Of a stretch of DNA of 64,000 bases, positions 1 through 10,908 are shown piece after piece. Numbering within the stretch: position 1 is the stretch's first letter; every line of letters begins with the position of its first letter. The position numbers and the translations under genes are program-made. The DNA comes from an uncultured Muribaculaceae bacterium (GTDB taxonomy: Bacteria; Bacillota_I; Bacilli_A; RF39; UBA660): the NCBI GenBank assembly GCA_964481005.1, contig CAYZRY010000002.1, forward strand, positions 3,488 through 67,487. Reading direction: 5' to 3'. The notes beneath the pieces were generated by a model. That model was not told the DNA's origin. It saw nothing but the letters and a program-made list of their open reading frames with translations, and made no database searches.

Positions 1-671
1 AAACTATCGGTTCTCATACCTTCGATAACTAATCTTCCGCTAGAATACCAAAGTAAGTAGAATGCAAGTAAGCTGCCAGTTTTTAAATACTTATACTTAC
101 GCATAATATACATAATGATAAAACCAATTAAATTCCAGATGCTTTCATAAAGAAAGGTTGGCTGATGATACAAACCATCTATTTTCATACCTTCGATTAT
201 AAAATTGGGTAAACCTTTTTTGCTTAGAGCTTCTAAAGTTGTAGTAGCCCCATAAGCTTCCTGGTTAAAGAAGTTCCCCCATCGACCAATTGCTTGACCG
301 AGGATCAAACCTAAACTTAGATAATCTAATTGTTTCAAAAATTCTAAACGGTGTTTCTTACTATAATATAGGACATATAAAACTCCAAAGAGAATTCCTC
401 CATGAATAGCTAAGCCACCATTCCATATTTCAAATATTTCAAGTAGATTATTTTTGTAATAGGCAATATTGAAAAGAACAAAGTAAAGCCTTGCTCCGAT
501 TATACCAATAATTAGAGTATTCATAATCATATCGACAGTTTCATCTTCGTTTAAGCCAATTCTTTTTACTTCTCTAGTAATAACCGTTATGGCTGCAAAG
601 ACGCCTAAAAAGACCATGATTGAATACCAGTATATTTGGATTACTCCAAAATCAAAAGCAACTCTACTCAC
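1..671 (-). CDS. lgt: prolipoprotein diacylglyceryl transferase Lgt (N-terminal ~223 aa; gene continues past window start)
   Basis: Minus-strand translation contains Lgt signature GRWGNFFNQEAYG and YHQPTFLYESIWNLIGF; N-terminus VAFDFGVIQIYWYSIM fits the Lgt consensus. Only possible start is GTG at 669-671, preceded by AAGAGGTGA. Absent from ORF track because open at window edge. Confidence 0.85.
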   Translation of the reverse strand, partial: MSRVAFDFGVIQIYWYSIMVFLGVFAAITVITREVKRIGLNEDETVDMIMNTLIIGIIGARLYFVLFNIAYYKNNLLEIFEIWNGGLAIHGGILFGVLYVLYYSKKHRLEFLKQLDYLSLGLILGQAIGRWGNFFNQEAYGATTTLEALSKKGLPNFIIEGMKIDGLYHQPTFLYESIWNLIGFIIMYIMRKYKYLKTGSLLAFYLLWYSSGRLVIEGMRTDS

Positions 672-1086
672 TCTTTTTCACCTCTTTTATGAAAGGTTTT
701 ATTATTAAATCATCTATCAATAAGTTAAAGATAGACATTAATATTGATATAAAGAATAGAACTAGTAAATTATCAAACTGAACTCTAGGACCCATTAAAT
801 AGTCTACTAATTTTAAAATGATAACATTATTAAAGAAGTAGAATAGTCCCATTGTTAAACCAGTAATAGGTAGAGTCAGTCTAACTAGTATCGGTTTTAT
901 TGTCTTATTTAAAACATAAATAATAACAACTGAGATAAACGAATATAAAAAGAAGTGTTCTTCGTCTATCGTAAATGTTTTAAACCAATATGACATGATT
1001 AAAAATACAATAGTATACGATAGTAAGTAGAGTACCTTTTCAAGAATATATGTTAATCTCTTTTTAATTTTTAAATCTTTGTTCAT
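664..1086 (-). CDS. small polytopic membrane protein (about 4 TM; YvlD/DUF360-like guess)
   Basis: ORF 664..1140 trimmed to internal ATG (MNKDLKIKK...) with AGGAG 6 nt upstream, which removes overlap with uvrA stop. Very hydrophobic. Stop overlaps lgt GTG start (GTGAGTAG). Confidence 0.5.
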   Translation of the reverse strand: MNKDLKIKKRLTYILEKVLYLLSYTIVFLIMSYWFKTFTIDEEHFFLYSFISVVIIYVLNKTIKPILVRLTLPITGLTMGLFYFFNNVIILKLVDYLMGPRVQFDNLLVLFFISILMSIFNLLIDDLIIKPFIKEVKKSE

Positions 1087-1094
1087 TTTTGCTC

Positions 1095-3902
1095 CTATAA
1101 GACTTTCTTCAAGAATTGACCGGTATACGATTTTGAACATTTAATTATTTCTTCAGGTGTACCACTGCAGATTATCTCTCCGCCTTTGTCTCCACCTTCA
1201 GGACCTATATCAATAATGTGATCTGCTGTCTTAATCATATCTAAGTTATGTTCAATGACCACTACTGTATCCTTATTATCTACTATTTTATTTATTATTG
1301 CAAGCAGGCTTTTAATATCGTGAGTGTGCAAACCAGTCGTTGGTTCATCAAGAATGAATAAGGTTTTACCAGTAGCTACTTTTTGCAATTCTTTGACTAG
1401 TTTAACACGGCTAGCTTCTCCACCAGATAAGGTAGGTGCACTTTGTCCAAGTTTGATATAACCAAGTCCTATTTCATTTAAGACTTTAAGTTTCTTTTTG
1501 ATTTTAGGAACATTTTCGAAAAACTCGTAAGCCTCGCTAACACGCATATCTAGCACATCAGCAATGTTTTTGTCTTTATATTTAATTCTGAGTGTTTCAC
1601 TGTTGTATCTAGTTCCATGACAAACTTCACAAGGAACGTAGACATCGGGTAAAAAGTGCATTTCAATCTTTTTAACACCGTCTCCGCGACAAGCTTCACA
1701 GCGACCACCCTTTACATTAAATGAGAAACGATCTTTTCCAAAGCCGTACATTTTAGCTTCTTTAGTATTGGTAAATAGGGTTCTAATTTCATCAAAGACA
1801 CCAGTGTATGTTGCTGGATTACTCCTTGGTGTTCTACCAATTGGTGACTGATCAATTTCGACAACTTTATCTATATGTTCAAGTCCCTTAATAGCTTTAT
1901 GCTTACCAACTGTTACTTTCGATTTATAGACCTTGTGCTGCGCAGCTTTAGCAAGAATGTCAATAATTAGACTTGATTTTCCCGAACCAGAAACTCCAGT
2001 TACACAAGTAAATTTACCAAGTGGAATGTCGACATCAATATTTTTTAAGTTGTTTTCACTAGCGCCTTGAATAGTAATTTTCTTACCTGTTCCCTCTCTT
2101 CGTACACTGGGAACATCTATCTTTTCTTTACCACTTAAATATCTTCCAGTTAAACTTTTTTCATTGGCCATGACTTCTTTTGGTGTGCCAGCGGCAACTA
2201 CTTTTCCACCCATGTCACCAGCAAGTGGACCTATATCAACCAAATAATCACTAGCTAGCATCGTATCACTATCATGTTCAACGACAATTAAAGTGTTACC
2301 AAGGTCTCTCATTTCAATCAAAGATTTAATTAACTTATCATTATCTCGCTGATGAAGACCAATACTTGGTTCATCTAGTACATAAAGTACTCCCGTAAGG
2401 CGTGATCCAATCTGCGTTGCTAATCTGATTCTTTGTGCTTCTCCACCAGATAAACTTCCAGCCATTCTAGCTAGTGTTAAATAATCGAGTCCAACGTTTA
2501 ATAGAAACTGTAGACGATTATTAATCTCGGCTATTAACACCCGAGAAATCTCTGTTTTTTCTGCAGATAGTTTTAAGCTCTTTAAAAAGTTATACAATTC
2601 TCCAATACTGAGACTAGTCACTTCATAAATATTTTTATTATTAATTTTAACTGAGAGTACTTCTCTTGAAAGACGAGCACCATTACAACTAGGACAAGTC
2701 TGTTCAATCATGTATCCTTCGATCCATTCACGTACCCAAGCACTAGTAGTTGAAAGATAACGTCGCTCTAAATTGTTAACAATTCCCTCGTACGGTTCTT
2801 TCTTGTTGTATACGTTTCCACCCTTAGAAACATAATTAAAGTGAATATTCTCATCACTACCATAAAAGATAATATCTTTTTCTTTTTGACTTAGTTTTTT
2901 AAATGGTTTATCAGTATCTATACCAAAATGTTTACAAACACATTCAAGCATTTGATTGTAGATATTTTCACTATCATCACCAAGAGTTCTAATAGCATAT
3001 TTATCAATCGATAACTCTTCGTCTGGTACTAGCAGATCAGGAGATACTCGTCTTTTAATTCCTAATCCATTACATTCTGGGCAGGCTCCATATGGCGAAT
3101 TAAAGCTAAACATACGTGGTTCAAGTTCAGGTAGTGAGAACGAACAGTGCGGACAAGCGAACTTCTCCGACATAATTATTTCTCCTTCGCCCTTTTTATC
3201 AATTAATACTTTCCCTCTAGCAAGTTTTGCTCCAGTTTCAAGTGCTTCAAAAAGTCTACTTCTAATACCTTCTTTTATAACTAGACGGTCGATAACTACA
3301 TCTATTTTATGTTTAATATTTTTTTCTAAACTAATTTCTTCGCTTAGATCTCTATCTTCTCCATCAACTCTGACCCTTACAAAACCATCACTTTTAAGTT
3401 TTTGTAAGAGATCTTTGTGCTCTCCTTTTTCACCATCGACAATCGGAGCCATGATAACTACTTTTGTACCTTCATCAAAAGACATAACTTTATTAGTCAT
3501 CTCTTCGATCGATTGACTACTTATTTCAACATGATGATCAGGACAGTAAACTGTTCCAATTCTAGCATATAGCAATCTCAAATAATCATATATTTCTGTG
3601 ACTGTTCCAACTGTTGAACGTGGATTGTTACTAGTTGTTTTTTGATCGATACTGATAGCGGGTGATAATCCTTCGATGGAATCGACATCAGGTTTTTCCG
3701 TCCCACCCAAAAACTGTCTAGCATAAGCGCTAAGACTTTCTACATATCTTCGTTGTCCTTCGGCATATATCGTATCAAAAGCTAAACTACTTTTCCCAGA
3801 ACCAGATACACCAGTCATGACAATCAGTGAATTTTTAGGAAGCTCGATATCAATATCTTTAAGATTATTCTCTCTAGCTCCCTTAATAATTATTTTATCC
3901 AT
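1095..3902 (-). CDS. uvrA: excinuclease ABC subunit A
   Basis: 935 aa with two ABC ATPase modules (GVSGSGKSSLAFDT.., GVSGSGKSSL..), zinc-finger Cys pairs, LSGGEAQR signatures. Confidence 0.96.
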   Translation of the reverse strand: MDKIIIKGARENNLKDIDIELPKNSLIVMTGVSGSGKSSLAFDTIYAEGQRRYVESLSAYARQFLGGTEKPDVDSIEGLSPAISIDQKTTSNNPRSTVGTVTEIYDYLRLLYARIGTVYCPDHHVEISSQSIEEMTNKVMSFDEGTKVVIMAPIVDGEKGEHKDLLQKLKSDGFVRVRVDGEDRDLSEEISLEKNIKHKIDVVIDRLVIKEGIRSRLFEALETGAKLARGKVLIDKKGEGEIIMSEKFACPHCSFSLPELEPRMFSFNSPYGACPECNGLGIKRRVSPDLLVPDEELSIDKYAIRTLGDDSENIYNQMLECVCKHFGIDTDKPFKKLSQKEKDIIFYGSDENIHFNYVSKGGNVYNKKEPYEGIVNNLERRYLSTTSAWVREWIEGYMIEQTCPSCNGARLSREVLSVKINNKNIYEVTSLSIGELYNFLKSLKLSAEKTEISRVLIAEINNRLQFLLNVGLDYLTLARMAGSLSGGEAQRIRLATQIGSRLTGVLYVLDEPSIGLHQRDNDKLIKSLIEMRDLGNTLIVVEHDSDTMLASDYLVDIGPLAGDMGGKVVAAGTPKEVMANEKSLTGRYLSGKEKIDVPSVRREGTGKKITIQGASENNLKNIDVDIPLGKFTCVTGVSGSGKSSLIIDILAKAAQHKVYKSKVTVGKHKAIKGLEHIDKVVEIDQSPIGRTPRSNPATYTGVFDEIRTLFTNTKEAKMYGFGKDRFSFNVKGGRCEACRGDGVKKIEMHFLPDVYVPCEVCHGTRYNSETLRIKYKDKNIADVLDMRVSEAYEFFENVPKIKKKLKVLNEIGLGYIKLGQSAPTLSGGEASRVKLVKELQKVATGKTLFILDEPTTGLHTHDIKSLLAIINKIVDNKDTVVVIEHNLDMIKTADHIIDIGPEGGDKGGEIICSGTPEEIIKCSKSYTGQFLKKVL

Positions 3903-4389
3903 ATTGCCTCATTTTAATTTTTTCTTTAATTGTTTGATCCAAATATAATGAATCTCCTAAGAACAATTCAAGTTCTTCAGGAAGCAAATAATACTGTTCA
4001 ACAAATCTTCTTTTTCTAAAGAAAGCTGTATCTTTCATATATTCGATTAGTTCTTCGTGACTCATTTTAGATTTTAGGATTATTTCTCTAGCTGCGTACA
4101 TATCATAGTATCCATAGTATTCATCTTCGTATGTAACATAATCACTAGTATTTGATTCAATTCTGCAGATATCGATATCATCTTTAGTAACAAGACCAGT
4201 ATCTGGCAGAAAGTATCTTAACGTATCTTCAGGATTAGCACAAAAATGATAGCCATTACCCCTATTGCCGAAAGATATAACACCTTCGACACTGTATGTC
4301 TTATTTAGTACAAATTGCTTACCATATCTATTTATTAGTCCCTTATCGAAACATTTAAATCCTCTTATCATACGCACCTCAAACGCCAC
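3895..4389 (-). CDS. hypothetical protein, 164 aa, inserted between uvrB and uvrA
   Basis: Long ORF. Start 2 nt after stop of upstream radical-SAM gene; stop overlaps uvrA ATG by 8 nt (translational coupling). No motif I recognise. Confidence 0.6.
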   Translation of the reverse strand: MAFEVRMIRGFKCFDKGLINRYGKQFVLNKTYSVEGVISFGNRGNGYHFCANPEDTLRYFLPDTGLVTKDDIDICRIESNTSDYVTYEDEYYGYYDMYAAREIILKSKMSHEELIEYMKDTAFFRKRRFVEQYYLLPEELELFLGDSLYLDQTIKEKIKMRQYG

Positions 4390-4391
4390 TA

Positions 4392-5186
4392 TTATAATAC
4401 AAAACGATCTTTAAAGCGACATTTTTTACATAAATCTAAATATGCTTTATTATTTTTAAATGATTGATTAGTTTTGATAAATTCTTCAGATTCTAAGATT
4501 TCAGCAAGTGACTTGTCAAAAACGTTACCAAAACTAGCATCACCATTACCATCTAAACAGCAAGGAACAACTGTCCCATCAGCTAAAATACCAATTTGAT
4601 TGATTGTCCCTAAACAGTATGAATCAGTTTCTTCTTCATCTTCTAAAGTTGGCCATCTAAATTCTTCATCTAAACTTAAATAAATGTTCTTTGCCAATTT
4701 ACAATTTTCTGGCATCTCATCAAAATGATATCTATTTTTAAGAAAATTCATTACCTCTTCGTCATAAACACCATTATTACTAATCCAAATTCGGTAATTA
4801 ATATACATATTATCACTTAGTCTATCGCAAGTTTCGGCAAGAGCATTTAAGTCTTTAATACACTCACTATGAAGAGAAACATTTATCTGATGAACTATTT
4901 CGTTTAATATATTTTCTTTTTTAGTTAGCAGTGAAGAATTGGTCGTAATTACTACTTTGAGATTATTTTTTTGACAAATATCTAAAATATCATTTAATTG
5001 ACTATGTAAAAGTGGTTCACCTTTGACGTGGAGGTAAATATAATCACTGTAATTTTTAACTTCTTTAGCAAGCTTTTTAAAATTATCGATAGACATTTCA
5101 CCACGATCATTCCAAGGTTTACAAAAGCAGCAGTTCAAATTACATTTACTTGTTATTTCGACATATATCTTTTTAAATCTAGCCAT
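4392..5186 (-). CDS. radical SAM enzyme with C-terminal Cys-rich (SPASM/twitch-like) region
   Basis: N-terminal CNLNCCFC = CX3CX2C radical SAM cluster motif at residues ~15-22, GEPLL motif, C-terminal PCC..C..C cluster. ATG at 5186 (MARFKK) chosen over GTG at 5195; ATG overlaps uvrB stop by 8 nt. Confidence 0.7.
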   Translation of the reverse strand: MARFKKIYVEITSKCNLNCCFCKPWNDRGEMSIDNFKKLAKEVKNYSDYIYLHVKGEPLLHSQLNDILDICQKNNLKVVITTNSSLLTKKENILNEIVHQINVSLHSECIKDLNALAETCDRLSDNMYINYRIWISNNGVYDEEVMNFLKNRYHFDEMPENCKLAKNIYLSLDEEFRWPTLEDEEETDSYCLGTINQIGILADGTVVPCCLDGNGDASFGNVFDKSLAEILESEEFIKTNQSFKNNKAYLDLCKKCRFKDRFVL

Positions 5187-7137
5187 TTTTTTCACTCTTC
5201 ATCTCAAAGATGATATCTCTTAGTTCCATCGCTCTTTCAAAGTCTAGTTCATCAGCTGCTTTCATCATTGCCTGTTCAAGTTCTTCGATAGTAACAGTAG
5301 CATAATTATCTTCGCTCTTTTTCTTCTTGCTAACTTTTGTCTCATCGACATTAGAGATCAAGTCTCTGACTTCTTTGATGATTGTCTTAGGTACAATGCC
5401 ATTTTCTTCATTATATTTTTCTTGAATGTTTCGTCTTCGCGCTGTCTCTTCGATAGCATTTTTCATCGAATCTGTTATCTTATCAGCATACATTATTGTT
5501 TTACCTTCGGCATTACGAGCACATCGTCCAATTGTCTGTATTAAACTGCGGGTACTACGAAGGAAACCTTCTTTGTCAGCATCGAGAATTGCAATTAGGC
5601 TAACTTCCGGTATATCTAATCCTTCACGAAGTAAGTTAATTCCAACTAAGCAATCGTACTTTCCAAGGCGAAGATCTCGAATGATACGCAATCTCTCTAA
5701 CGTTTTAACTTCAGCATGTATATAGGCAACTGAAATGTCGATATTTTTTAAGTAATCTGTTAACTCCTCGGCCATTCTAATCGTTAAGGTAGTAATTAAA
5801 GTTCTTTCTCCTCTAGCGATGCGTTCTTTTATCTCACCTATTAAATCATCTATTTGTCCATGACTTGGTCTAATTTCAATTAGTGGATCAAGTAGTCCAG
5901 TCGGTCTGATAATTTGTTCAACGACCCTTTTATCAACCTTTTCAAGTTCATAATCACCAGGCGTTGCTGAAACATATATTGCCTGATTAATTTTCTTTTC
6001 AAACTCATCGAAGGTTAAAGGTCTATTATCAAGAGCACTAGGCAATCTAAAGCCATAGTCAACAAGTGTCTGTTTACGCGATCTATCACCATTGTACATT
6101 GCTCTGACTTGCGGAACAGTTACATGCGATTCATCGATAACCAGTAAAAAGTCATCCGGAAAGAAGTCCATCAATGTCTCTGGTGTTTCACCGGCTTTTC
6201 TACCCGCTAAATGTCTCGAATAGTTTTCTATACCAGAGCAAAAACCAGTTTCACTCATCATCTCTAAATCGTATTTGACTCTTTGCTCAAGTCTTTGATA
6301 TTCAACTAACTTATTAGCTTCGGCTAATTCTTCTAATCTTTCGGCAAGTTCAAGTTTAATATTCTCAATTGCTTTTTCAAGTTTTTCACTACCAACGACA
6401 AAGTGACTAGCTGGAAAAATAGAAACACTTTTTTTATTTAATTTAATTGTTCCCGTCAAGACATCAAACTCACTGATGCGCTCTATTTCATCGCCAAAGA
6501 ATTCAACCCTTATTCCACTAGCTCTTTCATATGTAGGAATTATCTCAAGGACATCTCCCCTTACCCTAAAAGTACCACGTTTAAAATCGTGGTCATTTCT
6601 TTCAAAAAGCATATCGACAAGTTTTAATAAAACTTTATCTCTATCTATTTCATCACCGACATTTAGAGTCAGCATATTTTTTTCGTATTCTTCTTTTTCA
6701 CCAATACCATAAATACAAGAGACACTAGCTACGACTATTACATCGCGTCTTGAAATCAAGCTACTGGTCGCAGCATGTCTAAGTTCGTCTATTTCATCAT
6801 TAATCGAAGAATCTTTTTCAATATAGGTATCAGTCGATGGAACATAAGCTTCCGGTTGATAATAATCGTAGTACGAAACAAAGTATTCTACTCGGTTATC
6901 GGGAAATAATTCTTTTAATTCTGAATATAATTGACCCGCTAAAGTTTTGTTATGAGCCATAATGAGAGTTGGTTTTTGAACTTTTTCGATAACGTTTGCT
7001 ATTGTGAAAGTTTTACCTGTTCCAGTTGCACCCAAAAGGACCTGGCTTTCTTTGCCAAGTTCTATTCCTTCGACTAATTTATCTATTGCCTGTGGCTGAT
7101 CACCAGCCGCTTTAAAACTCGATGCAATCTTAAACAT
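5179..7137 (-). CDS. uvrB: excinuclease ABC subunit B
   Basis: 652 aa; helicase motifs [13 protein letters not shown]-terminal UVR domain ([23 protein letters not shown]). Confidence 0.96.
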   Translation of the reverse strand: MFKIASSFKAAGDQPQAIDKLVEGIELGKESQVLLGATGTGKTFTIANVIEKVQKPTLIMAHNKTLAGQLYSELKELFPDNRVEYFVSYYDYYQPEAYVPSTDTYIEKDSSINDEIDELRHAATSSLISRRDVIVVASVSCIYGIGEKEEYEKNMLTLNVGDEIDRDKVLLKLVDMLFERNDHDFKRGTFRVRGDVLEIIPTYERASGIRVEFFGDEIERISEFDVLTGTIKLNKKSVSIFPASHFVVGSEKLEKAIENIKLELAERLEELAEANKLVEYQRLEQRVKYDLEMMSETGFCSGIENYSRHLAGRKAGETPETLMDFFPDDFLLVIDESHVTVPQVRAMYNGDRSRKQTLVDYGFRLPSALDNRPLTFDEFEKKINQAIYVSATPGDYELEKVDKRVVEQIIRPTGLLDPLIEIRPSHGQIDDLIGEIKERIARGERTLITTLTIRMAEELTDYLKNIDISVAYIHAEVKTLERLRIIRDLRLGKYDCLVGINLLREGLDIPEVSLIAILDADKEGFLRSTRSLIQTIGRCARNAEGKTIMYADKITDSMKNAIEETARRRNIQEKYNEENGIVPKTIIKEVRDLISNVDETKVSKKKKSEDNYATVTIEELEQAMMKAADELDFERAMELRDIIFEMKSEKNG

Positions 7138-7195
7138 TTTGCCTCTCTTTCAGGACTTTATTTTACCACTTTTAGTACTTATTAACAAGAAGGCG

Positions 7196-7225
7196 AACAA
7201 AAAGAAAAAGAGCAATGCTCTTTTA
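7196..7225 (-). terminator. rho-independent terminator after M23 peptidase gene
   Basis: Stem AAAGAGC/GCTCTTT (7207-7223) overlapping stop codon, followed on minus strand by TTTTTCTTTTTG. Confidence 0.5.
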
Positions 7226-8416
7226 TCTATTATTCCAAGTAACTCCCCTTGCTGGGAAACTAATTACTGCTCGTGCTCCTTTGTAACCTTGTCTAGCCAT
7301 ACTAGATACGAAACTAGTATATCTCGACCAACTAGAGCATCGCGAATCACTCATGTTATATAATCGACAAGGCATGACTTCAATATGCAGATGGACACCA
7401 AACGAATATCCAGTATTACCCATATATCCAATTATATCTTCACTAGTAACACGTTTTCCAACATAGATATTTCCATATCTTGATAAGTGGCCATAAATAG
7501 CTGTATACCATGTTCCTTTAGCTATTGAATAGTATTCAACAGTAACACAAAGTGCTCCATATGTATCGCGGTAAATCGAAGTAATTCTTCCATTACCGAT
7601 AGAATATAGGGCTGTTCGCTCGCGAAGACTACTACCAATATCTAACCCACGATGTAGATAACCAGGTCTAGTAAACCCAAACTCTTGAGTAATATATCCT
7701 GTTCTAGTAGGTCTACGGAATATTCCAGCATCGCCATCGACAGCACAATCAATACCTATGCGATGATGAGATTTACAACCAACCTTTTTATAACCACTGA
7801 CGATCTCTTGATAAATTTTTACTTGCTGAGCAACACTGACACCAGCTGTTTCAAGCGAAGACTTTTCTTCACCTAAAGTTTCGACATATGATTCAAGCTG
7901 AACTTGACTCTTCTGCAACTGTATTTCTTTTTGATTTATTTCTTTTTCACGGTTGTTGTTTTTTTCAACCATATCGCTTAGTTCAGTGATCTTGTTTTCA
8001 TTGTATTCAATCATCTGTTCAATAACCGATAAACGATAGATCAAGCTAGTTATGTCTTCAGCTCCAAAAGCATATTCTAAAGCCTTGTTATTACCACTTT
8101 TAGTAAGTTGATAATACTCGACAACCTTCTTTGTTTCAACTTCCTTATCGGCTATTTCATCATTGAACTTTGAAACTTCCTGACGAAGAACAACGACTTC
8201 TCTAGCCATATTCTTCATCTCTTGTTGAATATTTGAAATATTTCTATTAGTTGAATTAATTTTGTTTTGTGTCAAATTAATGGCTGCTTTATTGGCATTT
8301 ACCTGAGCAATATAATTTGCTAATTTCTTTTCATATTCTCCTAAAGTGATAGCTTGTATACCTAGCGGAGAAAAGACTAGGCAGACTATGATAGCTATCA
8401 GTGCTTTCTTCATCAT
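7223..8416 (-). CDS. secreted coiled-coil M23 family peptidase (EnvC/PcsB-like FtsEX partner)
   Basis: Signal peptide, long coiled-coil N-half, C-terminal M23 motifs (HRGLDIG.., GNTGYSFGVHLHIEV). Immediately downstream of ftsE-ftsX with 4-nt overlap. Confidence 0.85.
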   Translation of the reverse strand: MMKKALIAIIVCLVFSPLGIQAITLGEYEKKLANYIAQVNANKAAINLTQNKINSTNRNISNIQQEMKNMAREVVVLRQEVSKFNDEIADKEVETKKVVEYYQLTKSGNNKALEYAFGAEDITSLIYRLSVIEQMIEYNENKITELSDMVEKNNNREKEINQKEIQLQKSQVQLESYVETLGEEKSSLETAGVSVAQQVKIYQEIVSGYKKVGCKSHHRIGIDCAVDGDAGIFRRPTRTGYITQEFGFTRPGYLHRGLDIGSSLRERTALYSIGNGRITSIYRDTYGALCVTVEYYSIAKGTWYTAIYGHLSRYGNIYVGKRVTSEDIIGYMGNTGYSFGVHLHIEVMPCRLYNMSDSRCSSWSRYTSFVSSMARQGYKGARAVISFPARGVTWNNR

Positions 8417-9312
8417 ATCTTCAGGTACCTGCGTACAGCACTACTACTTCCGATCATACCGACAAGGATTCCAAATAGGACAATTATTGCCGATACGTAG
8501 AAGACAAATGGATACGGCGTAACTAATTTTATAAGTGGTGAGAAGATATGTCCTTCAAACCTATTGTATAAAGCAATGTAACCATATATGACAAATAGTA
8601 CTGGAATAATAGAACCAAGTAGTCCAAGGATCATTCCTTCGATAACAAACGGCAGACGAATATTGAAGTTCGAAGCACCGACAACTCGCATGATTGCTAT
8701 TTCATTTTGTCTTGAGAAAATAGTTAATTTAATTGTATTGACGATTAGAACAATCGTTACAAAGACAAGGACAACAACGATAGCTATTAGCAGTTTTTCA
8801 ACTAGTGAGAATGCACTAAGCATTTTTTCAACCATTACTTCGCCATAGTTAACTATTTCAACCTGCTCAATCTTTTTAATTTTACTACTCGTATCACTAA
8901 TTTTTTCTAGGTCTACGACCTTAACTTGAAAACTATCTTTAAGTGGTGACTCATCTTTATCCCAATCACTCATAATTGTCTTGAAAAAATCTGATTCAGC
9001 CATTAGTTCTTGTTTTTGTTCTTCTTTCGATTTATAGACAACTGATTCAACATTAGCTATGGCTCTAATTTCTTTATCGATTCGCTCGATATCTTTTTCA
9101 TCAGCTTTAGCACTGACAAAAACGACCATCGTTACGTCTTCTTTCATCTTTTTGGTAAAATTATCGACATTTAATGATCCGACCATCGCTATAGCTACAA
9201 CTAATAATGTAATTGATATACATGATACAGCTGCAAACGAAAGTGAAAAGTTTCTGATTGCACTTTTAAAAGCATCGCGGATTCCACGACCTAACATTCT
9301 AAATATTTTCAT
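8413..9312 (-). CDS. ftsX: cell division permease FtsX
   Basis: 299 aa, 4 TM with large extracellular loop; follows ftsE with overlap. Confidence 0.85.
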   Translation of the reverse strand: MKIFRMLGRGIRDAFKSAIRNFSLSFAAVSCISITLLVVAIAMVGSLNVDNFTKKMKEDVTMVVFVSAKADEKDIERIDKEIRAIANVESVVYKSKEEQKQELMAESDFFKTIMSDWDKDESPLKDSFQVKVVDLEKISDTSSKIKKIEQVEIVNYGEVMVEKMLSAFSLVEKLLIAIVVVLVFVTIVLIVNTIKLTIFSRQNEIAIMRVVGASNFNIRLPFVIEGMILGLLGSIIPVLFVIYGYIALYNRFEGHIFSPLIKLVTPYPFVFYVSAIIVLFGILVGMIGSSSAVRRYLKI

Positions 9313-9994
9313 CGTATTTCCCCTTTTCTAGATCGGTGATAATGCGACCATCTCTAAGTGTAATAACACGTTTCTTAAGTTTATTGACAATATCTTTATC
9401 GTGAGTTGCAACTATTACTGTTGTACCCATTGTTTTGTTGATATTGCTAAGTACCTTGATAACTTCCATGCTACGCTCTGGATCTAGGTTTCCAGTTGGC
9501 TCATCACAGATCAATAATTTTGGATTATTGACGATAGCTCTAGCAATAGCAACTCTTTGCTGCTCACCACCAGATAACTCTCTTGGATACATTCTCGTCT
9601 TTGATTTTAAACCAACTAATTCGATAGCTTTTAATACTTGAACCTGAATATCTGACTTTTTAGCTCCCATCGCCTCAAGGGCAAAAGCAACATTTTCATA
9701 AACAGTCAATTTAGGAAGTAATCTGTAATCTTGAAAAACTACCCCTAATTTTCTACGTAATTTATAAACTTTCCCATCACGTAATTTAGCCACGTTAATA
9801 CCGCCAAGAATAATTTCTCCGCTATCAGGTCTAATTTCTCTATATAACATCTTTGTAAAAGTTGATTTACCAGAACCGGAACCACCTATTAAAAAGACAA
9901 AATCACCCTTCTTGATCTTTACTGAAACATCACGAAGAGCTACTACACCATTCTTATACTTAACTGTAACATTGTTGATGTTAATTAACTCCAT
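9299..9994 (-). CDS. ftsE: cell division ATP-binding protein FtsE
   Basis: ABC ATPase: GGSGSGKST Walker A, LSGGEQQR signature, LICDEPTGNLD Walker B. Confidence 0.9.
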   Translation of the reverse strand: MELININNVTVKYKNGVVALRDVSVKIKKGDFVFLIGGSGSGKSTFTKMLYREIRPDSGEIILGGINVAKLRDGKVYKLRRKLGVVFQDYRLLPKLTVYENVAFALEAMGAKKSDIQVQVLKAIELVGLKSKTRMYPRELSGGEQQRVAIARAIVNNPKLLICDEPTGNLDPERSMEVIKVLSNINKTMGTTVIVATHDKDIVNKLKKRVITLRDGRIITDLEKGKYDENI

Positions 9995-10023
9995 TTTCCA
10001 CCGCCTCGTATAATAATTATAGC

Positions 10024-10056
10024 ATAAAAAAAAGTAACTCTATAAAAAAGTTACTC
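10024..10056 (-). terminator. rho-independent terminator after first YitT-family gene
   Basis: Minus-strand hairpin AGTAACT..AGTTACT followed by run of 8 U (forward A-run 10026-10033). Confidence 0.5.
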
Positions 10057-10908
10057 TCCTCCTTGAAGTTGATAGGAATCAGTGACAACAAAGAAGACAT
10101 TTGTGTCAAGTGATTCGATCTTTTCTTTAAACTTAAAATAATCTCTAGTTGGAATAACTGTCATGATTGCTTTGGTCTCTTTATTTTTATAACCACCTTT
10201 TACATCAAAGATTGTTGCTCCGTGATGCATGTCTTTGATTAGGAAATCTGAGATTTTTTCATATTCACTGGTAACAATAATAATATATTTATTTGATGAT
10301 ATACCAAGAACAATCTTTTCCATCATCACCATGCTTGCATATAGAGCTACAGCTGCATACATCATATTCATTGGACCAAAATTAGTAAATGCGAGTAGAA
10401 CAATTATTATGTTGATAATGTTTTCCCATTTGTTAATTGATAAGTGCCATACTTTATTAAATATTTGAGCTAATAGGCTAACTCCTCCAAGACTAAGATG
10501 AGTTCTGCTAACCATTCCTTTGATGAAACCGATTACTACTCCGGCAAGAAGTGCGACAATCAAAGTATCATCACTACCAAGGTCAGATATGCTGCTAAAT
10601 CCTTTGGTTAGTTCAACGAAAATTGGTAGGGCAAAACTAGCATATAATGCAGGCAATATCTTATCAATTCTTAGTGATAGTAAACTGATAAGCAAAATAC
10701 ATGATGAGATAAATAGAATAAGCAGTGAATAATCCATTTGATAGAAGTCATATGAAATTAATGAGAATGATAATACTCCGCCAATAGGTATCTTAAACGG
10801 TACTAAAATTAAATTAAAGACAATAGCTAAAACAAATAGGCATAAAGTCATAATAAAATAATCTTTAAAAATCATCCATAATTTTTCTTTTCTTTTCATT
10901 CTAGACAT
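10051..10908 (-). CDS. YitT-family membrane protein (DUF161 + DUF2179)
   Basis: Multi-TM N-domain and C-terminal ..FFVVTDSYQLQGGE tail typical of YitT family. Start set to ATG 10908 (MSRMKRK) with GGAGGTGA RBS. Confidence 0.7.
   Translation of the reverse strand: MSRMKRKEKLWMIFKDYFIMTLCLFVLAIVFNLILVPFKIPIGGVLSFSLISYDFYQMDYSLLILFISSCILLISLLSLRIDKILPALYASFALPIFVELTKGFSSISDLGSDDTLIVALLAGVVIGFIKGMVSRTHLSLGGVSLLAQIFNKVWHLSINKWENIINIIIVLLAFTNFGPMNMMYAAVALYASMVMMEKIVLGISSNKYIIIVTSEYEKISDFLIKDMHHGATIFDVKGGYKNKETKAIMTVIPTRDYFKFKEKIESLDTNVFFVVTDSYQLQGGE

Noticed and set aside
5187-5195. GTG at 5195 as the radical-SAM start, as in the ORF track
   Set aside because: The ATG at 5186 gives the classic 8-nt stop/start overlap with uvrB. 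The three extra N-terminal residues are not needed.
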